From assembly GCA_020160975.1 (NCBI GenBank), contig JAIUPJ010000001.1, forward strand, positions 810,001-842,000: DNA of 32,000 nt, in the 5' to 3' direction. Positions 19,404-27,159 of this stretch are shown here, in pieces. The DNA is from Candidatus Saccharimonadota bacterium. GTDB taxonomy: Bacteria; Patescibacteriota; Saccharimonadia; Saccharimonadales; Saccharimonadaceae. Under the pieces are notes generated by a model. The model saw only the letters and a list, made by a program, of their open reading frames with translations, was not told the origin of the DNA and searched no databases. The position numbers and the translations under genes were made by a program. Position 1 is the first letter of the stretch. Each line of letters begins with the position of its first letter.

Positions 19404-19468
19404 GTGGGCGCGTAGCAGCAGAAAATACTTCTCTTCAGGAGGAGTATTTTTGTTGCGAGTAGCCCACC
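19404..19468. other. Long rod-like hairpin in a 416-nt non-coding gap
   Basis: GGTGGGC-gcgta-GCAGCA-g-AAAATACTTCTC-ttcag-GAGGAGTATTTT-TGTTGC-gagta-GCCCACC. The inner stem plus T-run also resembles an intrinsic terminator. Confidence 0.4.
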
Positions 19469-19557
19469 AAGGATCTCTCGATATCGACTTTAGCAGGTAG
19501 AGTGAGATTGTATTTAGACTTTATTCTTTATACAATATTCTATATTCTGATAGATAC

Positions 19558-19633
19558 GGGGATATAGCTCAGTTGATAGAGCGCTTCCATGGCATGGAAG
19601 AGGTCCAGGGTTTGAGTCCCTGTATCTCCACCA
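19558..19633 (+). tRNA. tRNA-Ala(GGC), CCA encoded
   Basis: Acceptor GGGGATA/TATCTCC with the G3:U70 Ala identity pair, anticodon arm CTTCC-ATGGCAT-GGAAG, T-arm CCAGG-GTTTGAG-TCCCTG region. Total 76 nt. Confidence 0.88.
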
Positions 19634-19640
19634 TTTTTTG

Positions 19641-19649
19641 TGATATAAT
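19641..19649 (+). promoter_or_regulatory. Extended -10 promoter (TGaTATAAT) upstream of typA
   Basis: TG-a-TATAAT lies 8 nt after the tRNA-Ala end and implies a ~130-nt leader before the typA ATG. Confidence 0.5.
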
Positions 19650-19787
19650 TCAATATAAGGAAGGTCTGAAAAATCAGGCCAATTTTATTGAAAGGGCATG
19701 AGATACCTACAAGCGGGTTTCTCATCGCGCCGCGCACGGAATGAATCTGTTGCTCGGGCTGCTCTTCCCGAATAACAAAGGAGCTAT

Positions 19788-21608
19788 ATGAACCCACCAG
19801 ACAAAATACGAAACATCGCCATCATCGCGCACGTTGACCATGGCAAGACTACTATGCTTGACGGCCTGTTGAAGCAGAGCAAGACATTTCGCGACAACCA
19901 AGCAGAAATGAGCCAAGAGTTGATTATGGACAGCGGCGACCAAGAGCACGAACGCGGCATTACGATTACTGCAAAGCAAACCAGCATTTATTATGGTGAC
20001 TACAAGATCAATATTGTGGACACGCCTGGACACGCCGACTTTAGTGGCGAAGTAGAGCGCACGCTCAATATGGCTGATGGTGTGCTGTTGATTGTTGATG
20101 CACAGGAAGGCCCGATGCCACAGACAAAGTTTGTATTGTCTAAAGCACTTGAGCTAGGCTTGAAACCCGTCGTTGTCATCAATAAAATCGATAAGCCAGC
20201 TCGGCGCATTGCTGAAGTGGAGGATGAGCTGAGCGATCTCTTTCTCGAGCTTGCCACTGATGATTCGCAGCTGCATTACCCGATCTACTATGCGATTGGT
20301 CGCGAGGGTAAAGCCTGGAAAAGTCTTCCCGACAACCCGAGTGAGCACGCTGATTTGACGCCCATTTTTGAAGCAATTATCAGCGACATTCCGGCGCCCG
20401 ATGTTGATACGAGCGGCGCCTTCCAGATGCTTGTAACGAGCCTGCAATACGATTCATTTCTTGGCAAATATGCGATTGGTCGTGTGGTGCGCGGTACAGT
20501 GAAAAGCAGTCTGCCGGTCGCGCTGATTAAGCGTGATGGCACCGTGAAGTCAGCCAAAATCGACAAATTGTTTGGCTATCGCGGACTCGAGCGCGAAGAA
20601 ATTTTTGAGACAGGCGCGGGCGATATTGTCGCTGTTACCGGCATTGCTGATGCGCACATCGGCGAGACATTGTCAGACAAAGCAACACCTGAAGCCTTGC
20701 CGGTGCTCGAGATCGAAGCCCCAACCATCAGCATGTATCTCGGCCCAAATACCAGTCCGATGAAGGGAAAAGAGGGTGAGTTCAACACGAGTCGTCAAAT
20801 TGGCGACCGCTTGCAGCGTGAGCTCGAGACAAATGTTGCCCTGCGAGTGCGCGAAGACGGCATTGGGTTCATCGTATCGGGTCGCGGTGAGCTGCATCTG
20901 AGCGTGTTGATTGAAGCGATGCGTCGTGAAGGCTATGAGTTTGAAGTGGGTCGACCCGAAGTCGTGACGATCGAAGAAGATGGTCGCACCAAGGAGCCAG
21001 TCGAAGAGTTGATGATTGAAATTGGTGCGGAGTTTGTCGGCGTGATTAGCCAAGAGCTCGGGAAGCGCAAAGCTGAGTTGACCCAGCAAGAAGTCACTGC
21101 CAGCGGCGCAACACGAATGACGTATATCATTACCACTCGCGCGTTGATTGGCCTACGCAACTCACTACTAACTGATACCAAAGGCACGGTTATCATGCAC
21201 AGCTTGCCGCACGGCTATCAACCGCTCGGTGTCAAATTGCCGAGTACACGCAACGGCGCATTGATTGCCTTTGAAGCGGGCGTGACCACTCCCTATGCTC
21301 TCGAGACCGCTGAAGCCCGTGGTGAACTGCTCGTCGGCCCAGGTACACAGGTCTATGCGGGTATGATTATCGGTCTCAATCGCCGCCAGGAAGATATGGA
21401 AATCAATGTTTGCAAGGCGAAGCACCTGACCAATATGCGTAGTAGCTCGAGTGATGGTGTGGTGCAGTTGACGCCGTTTACCGACCTCAGTCTCGAGCAG
21501 TGTATCGACTTCCTCAATGACGACGAGCTACTCGAAGTCACACCGAAGAGTTTGCGCCTCCGCAAGCGCTACCTCGACGCCAACGAACGCAAGCGACACG
21601 GAAAGTAG
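19788..21608 (+). CDS. typA: Translational GTPase TypA/BipA
   Basis: 606 aa with G1 AHVDHGKTT, DTPGHADF and NKID, followed by EF-G-like domains. AAAGGAG lies upstream. Confidence 0.95.
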   Translation: MNPPDKIRNIAIIAHVDHGKTTMLDGLLKQSKTFRDNQAEMSQELIMDSGDQEHERGITITAKQTSIYYGDYKINIVDTPGHADFSGEVERTLNMADGVLLIVDAQEGPMPQTKFVLSKALELGLKPVVVINKIDKPARRIAEVEDELSDLFLELATDDSQLHYPIYYAIGREGKAWKSLPDNPSEHADLTPIFEAIISDIPAPDVDTSGAFQMLVTSLQYDSFLGKYAIGRVVRGTVKSSLPVALIKRDGTVKSAKIDKLFGYRGLEREEIFETGAGDIVAVTGIADAHIGETLSDKATPEALPVLEIEAPTISMYLGPNTSPMKGKEGEFNTSRQIGDRLQRELETNVALRVREDGIGFIVSGRGELHLSVLIEAMRREGYEFEVGRPEVVTIEEDGRTKEPVEELMIEIGAEFVGVISQELGKRKAELTQQEVTASGATRMTYIITTRALIGLRNSLLTDTKGTVIMHSLPHGYQPLGVKLPSTRNGALIAFEAGVTTPYALETAEARGELLVGPGTQVYAGMIIGLNRRQEDMEINVCKAKHLTNMRSSSSDGVVQLTPFTDLSLEQCIDFLNDDELLEVTPKSLRLRKRYLDANERKRHGK

Positions 21609-21617
21609 CTTTACAAA

Positions 21618-21645
21618 AATACCCCCTCTTGGGAGAGGGGGTATT
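21618..21645. terminator. Hairpin after typA
   Basis: aataccccctc-ttggga-gagggggtatt. The A-run precedes it, so the T-run is on the minus strand only. Confidence 0.55.
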
Positions 21646-21817
21646 GCATTAAGCGATGTACTGAACGTGGATTTTTTTGCGTTTCATTGATATTTCCTTT
21701 TTTTGTATTACAACTTCTGACGCTAGTATACGCCTCATGCTTGTCGTCTGGCAAGAGTTTTTTAGAAAAAAGAAAAGATTTTGTCCTGGCAGAGCACGAA
21801 CGGTATACTAGATAAAG

Positions 21818-23458
21818 ATGGCAAGCAAACCCTGGCGTGATGTTAACGCAATATATCAGATATACCCCCGTAGTTTTCAAGATAGCGACGGCGACGGCGT
21901 AGGTGATCTTCGCGGTGTGATTCAGCGGCTTGACTATATCAAGGGTCAGAAGCACTCGCTGGGCATCGATGCGATTTGGTTTAGCCCGATTTTTGCTTCA
22001 CCGATGGCGGACATGGGCTATGACGTCAGTGATTATTGTGCGATTGATCCGCTATTTGGGACGCTCGATGACTTCAAACAGTTGCTTGAGAAAGCGCATG
22101 CGCTTGATATGAACGTTATGCTGGATTTTGTGCCAAATCATACGAGCGACCAGCACCCGTGGTTCATTGAGTCGCGGTCGTCGAAGCATAACCCCAAGAA
22201 AGATTATTATGTATGGCGCGATGCCAAGCCTGACGGCAGTCTTCCCAACAACTGGCTCAGTATCTTTGGCGGGCCGGCATGGGAGTGGGATGATGAGCGA
22301 AAGCAATACTATCTCCATACCTTTCTCAAAGAACAGCCTGATCTCAACTGGGACAATCCTATGGTGCGCGATGAGATGAAGCGTGTGTTGCGGTTTTGGA
22401 TGGATCTCGGAGTCGACGGTATTCGTGCCGATGCAGTGCGTTGGATTAGCAAAGATCCGCAGTTTCGTGATAATCCGAAGAACAAGAACTGGCATGATCT
22501 CGATGCGCCAAATCAATTTGGTTCTCAGATTCACAAATACAGTAGATTTTGGAAAAATCTCTTCCCATATCTACGCGAGATGACCGATATCTTGGCAGAA
22601 TACCACAATCGTATCATTATTTTCGAGGACTATCCTGACGACAATTATTCCACAAAAGAGCAGTACCTCGGCTTTTATAATGTTAATCCTTCTATCGGTA
22701 TGCCGTTTAATTTTGAAGGTCTTTGGACAGAGTTCTATGCGGATGGGTTTCGTCGGTTTGTGACAGAATTTCAGGGCATGCTTGATCCCGAGCTCCATCG
22801 ACCGGTCTATTGCTTTAGCAATCACGATCAGCCACGGATCGCCAGTCGGATGGGGGGTGAAGAGCAGGCCAGATTGGTGGCGCTGATGCAGCTCACGCTG
22901 CCAGGTTTGCCGACGGTGTATTATGGCGATGAGATCGGGATGCCAAACACCCCGGTAGCGCCCGATCAAATTCGTGATTTATCAGCATTTAGTTCGGGAG
23001 ATTTTGCTGTCAGTCGTGACCCGGAGCGGACGCCGATGCAGTGGCAACGCGGCCAACATGCTGGCTTTAGCGATACACAGCCATGGTTACCGATTGGCCC
23101 GAGCCTAGCTAAGCACAATGTCGAAACACAGTCTCACGAGCCCGATTCGATGCTATCCCTCTACCGGCGTTTATTGAAGTTACGCGCCAAACACGAGATT
23201 TTGCGGCGCGGAACATACGAAGCATTTGGCGAGATCGAGTCGGATATATTTGTCTACTCGCGTTGGCTCGATGATCAGCATGTTTTCGTCGCACTCAACT
23301 TTAGTGCTACAGTGCAGGAAGTTACACTGCCGCATTTGGGACGTATTCTCTGTTGCACGCACCCAGTAGATTATCCTGATATTGACGAGCAGGGGATGGT
23401 GCGATTGCGTCCTTTTGAGGGCGTGTTGGTGGAGTGCCAAGAACATTCGCTTAGATAA
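21818..23458 (+). CDS. GH13 alpha-glucosidase / oligo-1,6-glucosidase-like enzyme
   Basis: 546 aa with YQIYPRSFQDSDGDGVGDLRG, DFVPNHTS, GVDGIRADAV and FSNHDQPR, which are conserved regions of GH13. Confidence 0.9.
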   Translation: MASKPWRDVNAIYQIYPRSFQDSDGDGVGDLRGVIQRLDYIKGQKHSLGIDAIWFSPIFASPMADMGYDVSDYCAIDPLFGTLDDFKQLLEKAHALDMNVMLDFVPNHTSDQHPWFIESRSSKHNPKKDYYVWRDAKPDGSLPNNWLSIFGGPAWEWDDERKQYYLHTFLKEQPDLNWDNPMVRDEMKRVLRFWMDLGVDGIRADAVRWISKDPQFRDNPKNKNWHDLDAPNQFGSQIHKYSRFWKNLFPYLREMTDILAEYHNRIIIFEDYPDDNYSTKEQYLGFYNVNPSIGMPFNFEGLWTEFYADGFRRFVTEFQGMLDPELHRPVYCFSNHDQPRIASRMGGEEQARLVALMQLTLPGLPTVYYGDEIGMPNTPVAPDQIRDLSAFSSGDFAVSRDPERTPMQWQRGQHAGFSDTQPWLPIGPSLAKHNVETQSHEPDSMLSLYRRLLKLRAKHEILRRGTYEAFGEIESDIFVYSRWLDDQHVFVALNFSATVQEVTLPHLGRILCCTHPVDYPDIDEQGMVRLRPFEGVLVECQEHSLR

Positions 23459-24611
23459 CATCGTCTGGCAAAAAGCCCTTGTAGTGTTTGAAATCAGCCT
23501 GCCATTTGTAGTTTTTGCCATAGCCTAGGTCTTTCATGAGCTTGGTGGGAGCATTGCGGATGTGGAGCGGTATGGGCGAGTTCGGGTACTGCTTTGCGAG
23601 GGCTTTGGCTGTATTCATTGCGTCAGTAATTTCGCGAGATTTTGGCGAGCGAGCGAGAGCGATGGCGCAATGATAGAGATTGTAGTTCGCTTCAGGCAAT
23701 CCCACACGCTCTACTGCCTGAAAGGTTGCCACTGCGAGGGCGAGTGCGCCGTTGCCAGCTAGGCCGACGTCTTCACTAGCAAAAATTACCATCCGCCTGG
23801 CAATGAATTTCGGATCTTCACCGGCGTCTATCATGCGTGATAAGTAGTAAGTCGTGGCTTTTTCGTCACTTCCGCGCATACTTTTGATAAAAGCCGAGAT
23901 GACGTCATAGTGCATGTCGCCCTTTTTGTCGTAGCCAGGCACTTTGGTTTGGGCGGCTACTTTGATGATTTCGGGTGTGATCTTTTTGTCGTTGATACTC
24001 AGCGCCAGTTCAAGATTTCCTAGCGCCACACGAGCATCGCCGCCAGACAACTCAGCGAGATAGTCGATGGCTTTGGGTGTAACAGATTTTGTTTTTTTGA
24101 GCACCTTGAGTGCACGATTGACGACTTCTTTGATTTCATCTTTTGTAAGTGGCTGAAGAACAAGTACGCGACTGCGGCTAAGGAGAGGCGTGATCACTTC
24201 AAAGCTAGGATTTTCCGTGGTGGCACCGATGAGTGTAATGAGCCCTGACTCGACGTGTGGCAAAAATGCGTCCTGTTGAGCCTTGTTAAAACGATGGATT
24301 TCGTCTACGAATAATATTGTTCGGAGACCCAAATTCCAGTTCTGTTTCGCATGCTCGACTACCTTTAGTACATCCTTTTTGCCAGCCGTCACTGCGCTTA
24401 ATTCTATGAATTCTGCTTTTACTTCGTTTGCGATAATGCGCGCAAGTGTCGTCTTGCCGGTGCCGGGAGGCCCCCAGAGTATGAGGCTGACTGGTTCTTG
24501 GCTCTTCACGATTTGTCGCAAAATTTCACCCTTGGCTAATAAGTGAGATTGCCCAATCACTTCATCGAGACTCTTCGGCCTCATCTCCTCTGCCAACGGC
24601 ACACGTGTCAT
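23451..24611 (-). CDS. rarA: Replication-associated recombination protein A (AAA+ ATPase)
   Basis: 386 aa with Walker [10 protein letters not shown], Walker B FVDEIHR and a MgsA C-terminal region. The 3' end overlaps the GH13 gene by 8 nt. Confidence 0.92.
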   Translation of the reverse strand: MTRVPLAEEMRPKSLDEVIGQSHLLAKGEILRQIVKSQEPVSLILWGPPGTGKTTLARIIANEVKAEFIELSAVTAGKKDVLKVVEHAKQNWNLGLRTILFVDEIHRFNKAQQDAFLPHVESGLITLIGATTENPSFEVITPLLSRSRVLVLQPLTKDEIKEVVNRALKVLKKTKSVTPKAIDYLAELSGGDARVALGNLELALSINDKKITPEIIKVAAQTKVPGYDKKGDMHYDVISAFIKSMRGSDEKATTYYLSRMIDAGEDPKFIARRMVIFASEDVGLAGNGALALAVATFQAVERVGLPEANYNLYHCAIALARSPKSREITDAMNTAKALAKQYPNSPIPLHIRNAPTKLMKDLGYGKNYKWQADFKHYKGFLPDDVI

Positions 24612-24634
24612 ACCTGTAGTATACTAGTGACACA

Positions 24635-25663
24635 ATGACACGACAAACCGTACTCTTACTGTTTGGTGGTGAATCTCCGGAGCACGACGTTTCTATCATG
24701 AGTGCTCGTAACATTTATGCCGCCATGGATAATGAAAAGTATCAGGTGTTGCCTTGCTATATTGATCGACAAGGAAAATGGTGGCTACTTGATAAATGGG
24801 AAGAAAACGCTGCTACTCACCACAGCGGCGTGCAGTTGGTGGCGGCGCTTGGCAATAAAGCATTTTTGACACTGCCTGGCGATCGCATGATTCATCCAGA
24901 TGTTATTTATCCGGCCATGCATGGGGATACCGCAGAAGACGGAAGCATACAGGCACTTGCCGATCTACTGCATTTGCCTGTTGTCGGAAGTGGGCATATT
25001 GCACATGCTGTCGGGTGGGATAAATTATTTACAAAACTGCTTTTGGAGCAGGCGGGCATACAAACAGTACCGTTTCGGACCTATGAAAAATCCGAAAATA
25101 CCCCCACCTATCATGAGCTGTGTGATCAACTCGCTACTACGATACTTTTCGTTAAACCGACGCGAGCGGGTAGTTCGATTGGTGTCAGTAAAGTCGAGAG
25201 CCAGGAGCAACTCATCGTTGCGCTGGAGCTAGCGTTGCGCTACAGCGATACAGTATTGATCGAGAAGGCTATCATTGGGCGCGAGCTTGAAGTAGCGATT
25301 CTTGGCAACCCACCCCACCACCGCGCCAGTAATGTCGGTGAGATACGGCCAAAAGACGGGTTCTATGATTATGAAGAAAAGTATGCCTCCACCAGTCAAA
25401 CAGAAGTATTGACCCAGGCAGAACTTGAGCAGGAGGTCGCAGATGCGGTTAAGACGATTGCCAAAAATGTCTTTACGACGCTTGGATGTAAAGGTCAGGC
25501 TAGGGTAGACTTTTTTCTGGGTGACGAAGGTGAGATATATGTCAATGAAATCAATACCTTGCCAGGATTTACCAATATCAGTCAGTATCCAAAGTTGTGG
25601 CACGACCAGGGCATACGCTACCCTGAGCTCATCGACATGCTTATCTCGCTCGCGCTGAAGTGA
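24635..25663 (+). CDS. ddl: D-alanine--D-alanine ligase
   Basis: 342 aa with LLFGGESPEHDVS, ATP-grasp motifs and a C-terminal NEINTLPGFT. Confidence 0.93.
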   Translation: MTRQTVLLLFGGESPEHDVSIMSARNIYAAMDNEKYQVLPCYIDRQGKWWLLDKWEENAATHHSGVQLVAALGNKAFLTLPGDRMIHPDVIYPAMHGDTAEDGSIQALADLLHLPVVGSGHIAHAVGWDKLFTKLLLEQAGIQTVPFRTYEKSENTPTYHELCDQLATTILFVKPTRAGSSIGVSKVESQEQLIVALELALRYSDTVLIEKAIIGRELEVAILGNPPHHRASNVGEIRPKDGFYDYEEKYASTSQTEVLTQAELEQEVADAVKTIAKNVFTTLGCKGQARVDFFLGDEGEIYVNEINTLPGFTNISQYPKLWHDQGIRYPELIDMLISLALK

Positions 25664-25699
25664 TATAATAGAACAAACGATACATAATAAGGAGAGAAT

Positions 25700-26467
25700 A
25701 TGGAGATTATTGTTGGATTATTCACACTGGTGTTCCCAGGTTTAATTTTTCTTGCATTGTTTTTGCTCGGCGGTATCAAGGTGATCAACCAGTATGAGCG
25801 AGGAGTTGTGCTGACGCTTGGTCGGTTTAGCGGTGTGCGCGAGCCAGGGTTACGCTACGTGATTCCTATTTTTCAGAAGTTGATGCGTGTCGATGTGCGC
25901 AGTACGCCAATCGATGTTCCCAAGCAAGAAGTCATCACCAAAGACAACGTGACAGTAGGTGTCGATGCGGTCGTGTACTTCCGTGTCATTGACACGCCAA
26001 AAGCCGTGCTCGAGACGACGAACTATGTCTATGCAACCAGCCAGTTTGCGCAGGCCGCACTTCGTGATGTGGCAGGTAATGCCGATATGGATGAGCTGCT
26101 GAGCAACCGCGACGTGATCTCACAAAAGATCAAAGAAATTGTCGATGCCGAGACTGACAAATGGGGAATCGATGTCGAGAACGTCAAAATTCAGAATATC
26201 GAACTACCGCAGGACATGAAGCGTGCCATGGCCAAACAGGCCGAGGCCGAGCGTGAACGTCGCAGCAATATCATCAATGCAGATGGTGAGAAACAGGCGG
26301 CACAGACACTGGCAGAAGCTGCAAGAATTCTGTCAACGACTCCTGGAGCAATTAACCTTCGCACCTTGAATACGATAGAGCGTATCAGCACCGAGCCATC
26401 ACAGAAGACCATGATGCTCTTCCCGGTTGAATTGGTTGATGCCTTGCGCGGTCACGGCAACAAATAG
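25700..26467 (+). CDS. SPFH/band-7 (stomatin-like) membrane protein
   Basis: 255 aa with an N-terminal TM helix, YERGVVLTLGRF, and a coiled AEAERE region. AAGGAG lies upstream. Confidence 0.88.
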   Translation: MEIIVGLFTLVFPGLIFLALFLLGGIKVINQYERGVVLTLGRFSGVREPGLRYVIPIFQKLMRVDVRSTPIDVPKQEVITKDNVTVGVDAVVYFRVIDTPKAVLETTNYVYATSQFAQAALRDVAGNADMDELLSNRDVISQKIKEIVDAETDKWGIDVENVKIQNIELPQDMKRAMAKQAEAERERRSNIINADGEKQAAQTLAEAARILSTTPGAINLRTLNTIERISTEPSQKTMMLFPVELVDALRGHGNK

Positions 26468-26487
26468 CCCGCAGGCTCAATTACTAA

Positions 26488-26522
26488 TAAAATAATCCTA
26501 AGCATCTTAGGATTATTTTATT
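26488..26522. terminator. Bidirectional terminator between the SPFH gene and tRNA-Gly(CCC)
   Basis: taaaataatcctaag-cat-cttaggattatttta. Confidence 0.72.
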
Positions 26523-26597
26523 TGGTGCGGGTAGAGGGAGTCGAACCCTCGTTTCTACCTTGGGAAGGTAGCATAATAGCCGTTATACGATACCCGC
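26523..26597 (-). tRNA. tRNA-Gly(CCC), CCA encoded
   Basis: On the minus strand: acceptor GCGGGTA/TACCCGC, anticodon arm CTACC-TTCCCAA-GGTAG, T-arm GAGGG-TTCGACT-CCCTC. Total 75 nt. Confidence 0.87.
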
Positions 26598-26624
26598 GCT
26601 CTTTCTAGTCTAGCAAGGTGTCTC

Positions 26625-26653
26625 TTGAATAATCAACACTTCTCAAGTAGAAT
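26625..26653 (+). promoter_or_regulatory. Sigma-70-type promoter TTGAAT-17-TAGAAT
   Basis: The -35 is at 26625-26630 and the -10 at 26648-26653. The predicted start is about 26660, 5 nt before the first tRNA-Phe-like unit. Confidence 0.6.
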
Positions 26654-26664
26654 AAAGGCTACAC

Positions 26665-26868
26665 GGCTCTTTAGCTCCTGCGTGAAACGCAAATGATCGT
26701 AGAGCAGAGGCCCAGGCCGTCTCAGAGTTTGCGGCATAAAATAAGTTACTCACTATCTTCAGTCGTGGCTCTTTAGCTCCTGCGTGAAACGCAAATGATC
26801 GTAGAGCAGAGGCCCAGGCCGTCTCAGAGTTTGCGGCATAAAATAAGTTACTCACTATCTTCAGTCGT
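26665..26868 (+). repeat. Two identical 102-bp tandem units, each a tRNA-Phe 5'-two-thirds mimic plus a 54-nt spacer
   Basis: 26665-26766 and 26767-26868 are identical base for base. Each starts with GGCTCTTTAGCTC (tRNA-Phe positions 1-13). A 21-nt insert then replaces the D-loop, followed by GTAGAGCAGAGGCC and an anticodon-arm-like hairpin, GAGGC-CCAGGCC-GTCTC. Confidence 0.92.
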
Positions 26869-26944
26869 GGCTCTTTAGCTCAGTTGGTAGAGCAGAGGCC
26901 TGAAGAGCCTTGTGTCACTGGTTCAAGTCCAGTAGGAGCCACCA
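26869..26944 (+). tRNA. tRNA-Phe(GAA), CCA encoded
   Basis: Acceptor GGCTCTT/AGGAGCC, D-arm GCTC-AGTTGGTA-GAGC, anticodon arm GAGGC-CTGAAGA-GCCTT, T-arm ACTGG-TTCAAGT-CCAGT. Total 76 nt. Confidence 0.92.
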
Positions 26945-26951
26945 AAATAAC

Positions 26952-26982
26952 ATGTTCTAGCTTGTCTAGGACATTTTATTTT
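26952..26982 (+). terminator. Intrinsic terminator of tRNA-Phe
   Basis: atgttctag-cttgt-ctaggacat is followed by tttatttt. Confidence 0.7.
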
Positions 26983-27107
26983 GCCGATAGCTTGCTAGCG
27001 GAGACTTGAACCAGTTGGTTCGCGTAGCGTAAAAGGAAACGAAAGCTTGCTTTTGTCCCTTTTGGAGCGGAGGAGGCTTTAGCCGATAGTTCCGGTAGGA
27101 GCCACCA
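26983..27107 (+). ncRNA. Element C: an inverted T-arm copy plus a 33-nt acceptor/T-arm minihelix mimic ending in ACCA. Candidate small RNA or recombination scar.
   Basis: gacttgaaccagt (27003-27015) is the exact reverse complement of tRNA-Phe 26917-26929. GTAGGAGCCACCAAA (27095-27109) equals 26932-26946. GGCTTTA-GCCG-ATAGTTC-CGGT-AGGAGCC-A-CCA (27075-27107) folds as a minihelix. Confidence 0.4.
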
Positions 27108-27146
27108 AAGAAAATATCTCACTGTACAGTGAGATATTTTCTTTGG
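27108..27146. terminator. Strong intrinsic terminator
   Basis: agaaaatatctcactg-ta-cagtgagatattttct has a ~16-bp stem with T-run ttttcttt. Confidence 0.78.
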
Positions 27147-27159
27147 TATGATAGAAGTA

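Noticed and set aside
19300-19470. Assignment of the structured gap to SRP RNA, 6S RNA or RNase P RNA
   Set aside because: None of the conserved motifs I know are present on either strand. These include the SRP domain-IV GGAA tetraloop with its flanking AGCA/GGA loops, and the RNase P GAGGAAAGUCC motif.
21740-21800. Sigma-54-like TGGCA elements (ctggcaagag / ctggcagag) upstream of the GH13 gene
   Set aside because: The spacing and the -12 element do not fit TGGCAC-N5-TTGC. A TATACT box 8 nt from the ATG explains expression more simply.
21611-21955. 114-aa minus-strand ORF between typA and the GH13 gene
   Set aside because: It overlaps the GH13 start and its leaderless-type promoter, covers an AT-rich low-complexity intergenic region, and has no motif. 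It is most likely spurious.
26643-26855. 70-aa minus-strand ORF with an internally duplicated sequence
   Set aside because: It is generated by the two identical 102-bp tRNA-Phe-like units. It has no Shine-Dalgarno sequence or promoter context, and the duplication in the peptide only mirrors the DNA repeat.
26665-26868. Possibility that the 102-bp repeats are a CRISPR or other repeat-spacer array
   Set aside because: Whole units are identical, so there are no unique spacers. The units are far longer than CRISPR repeats, there are only two copies, and the content is clearly tRNA-derived.
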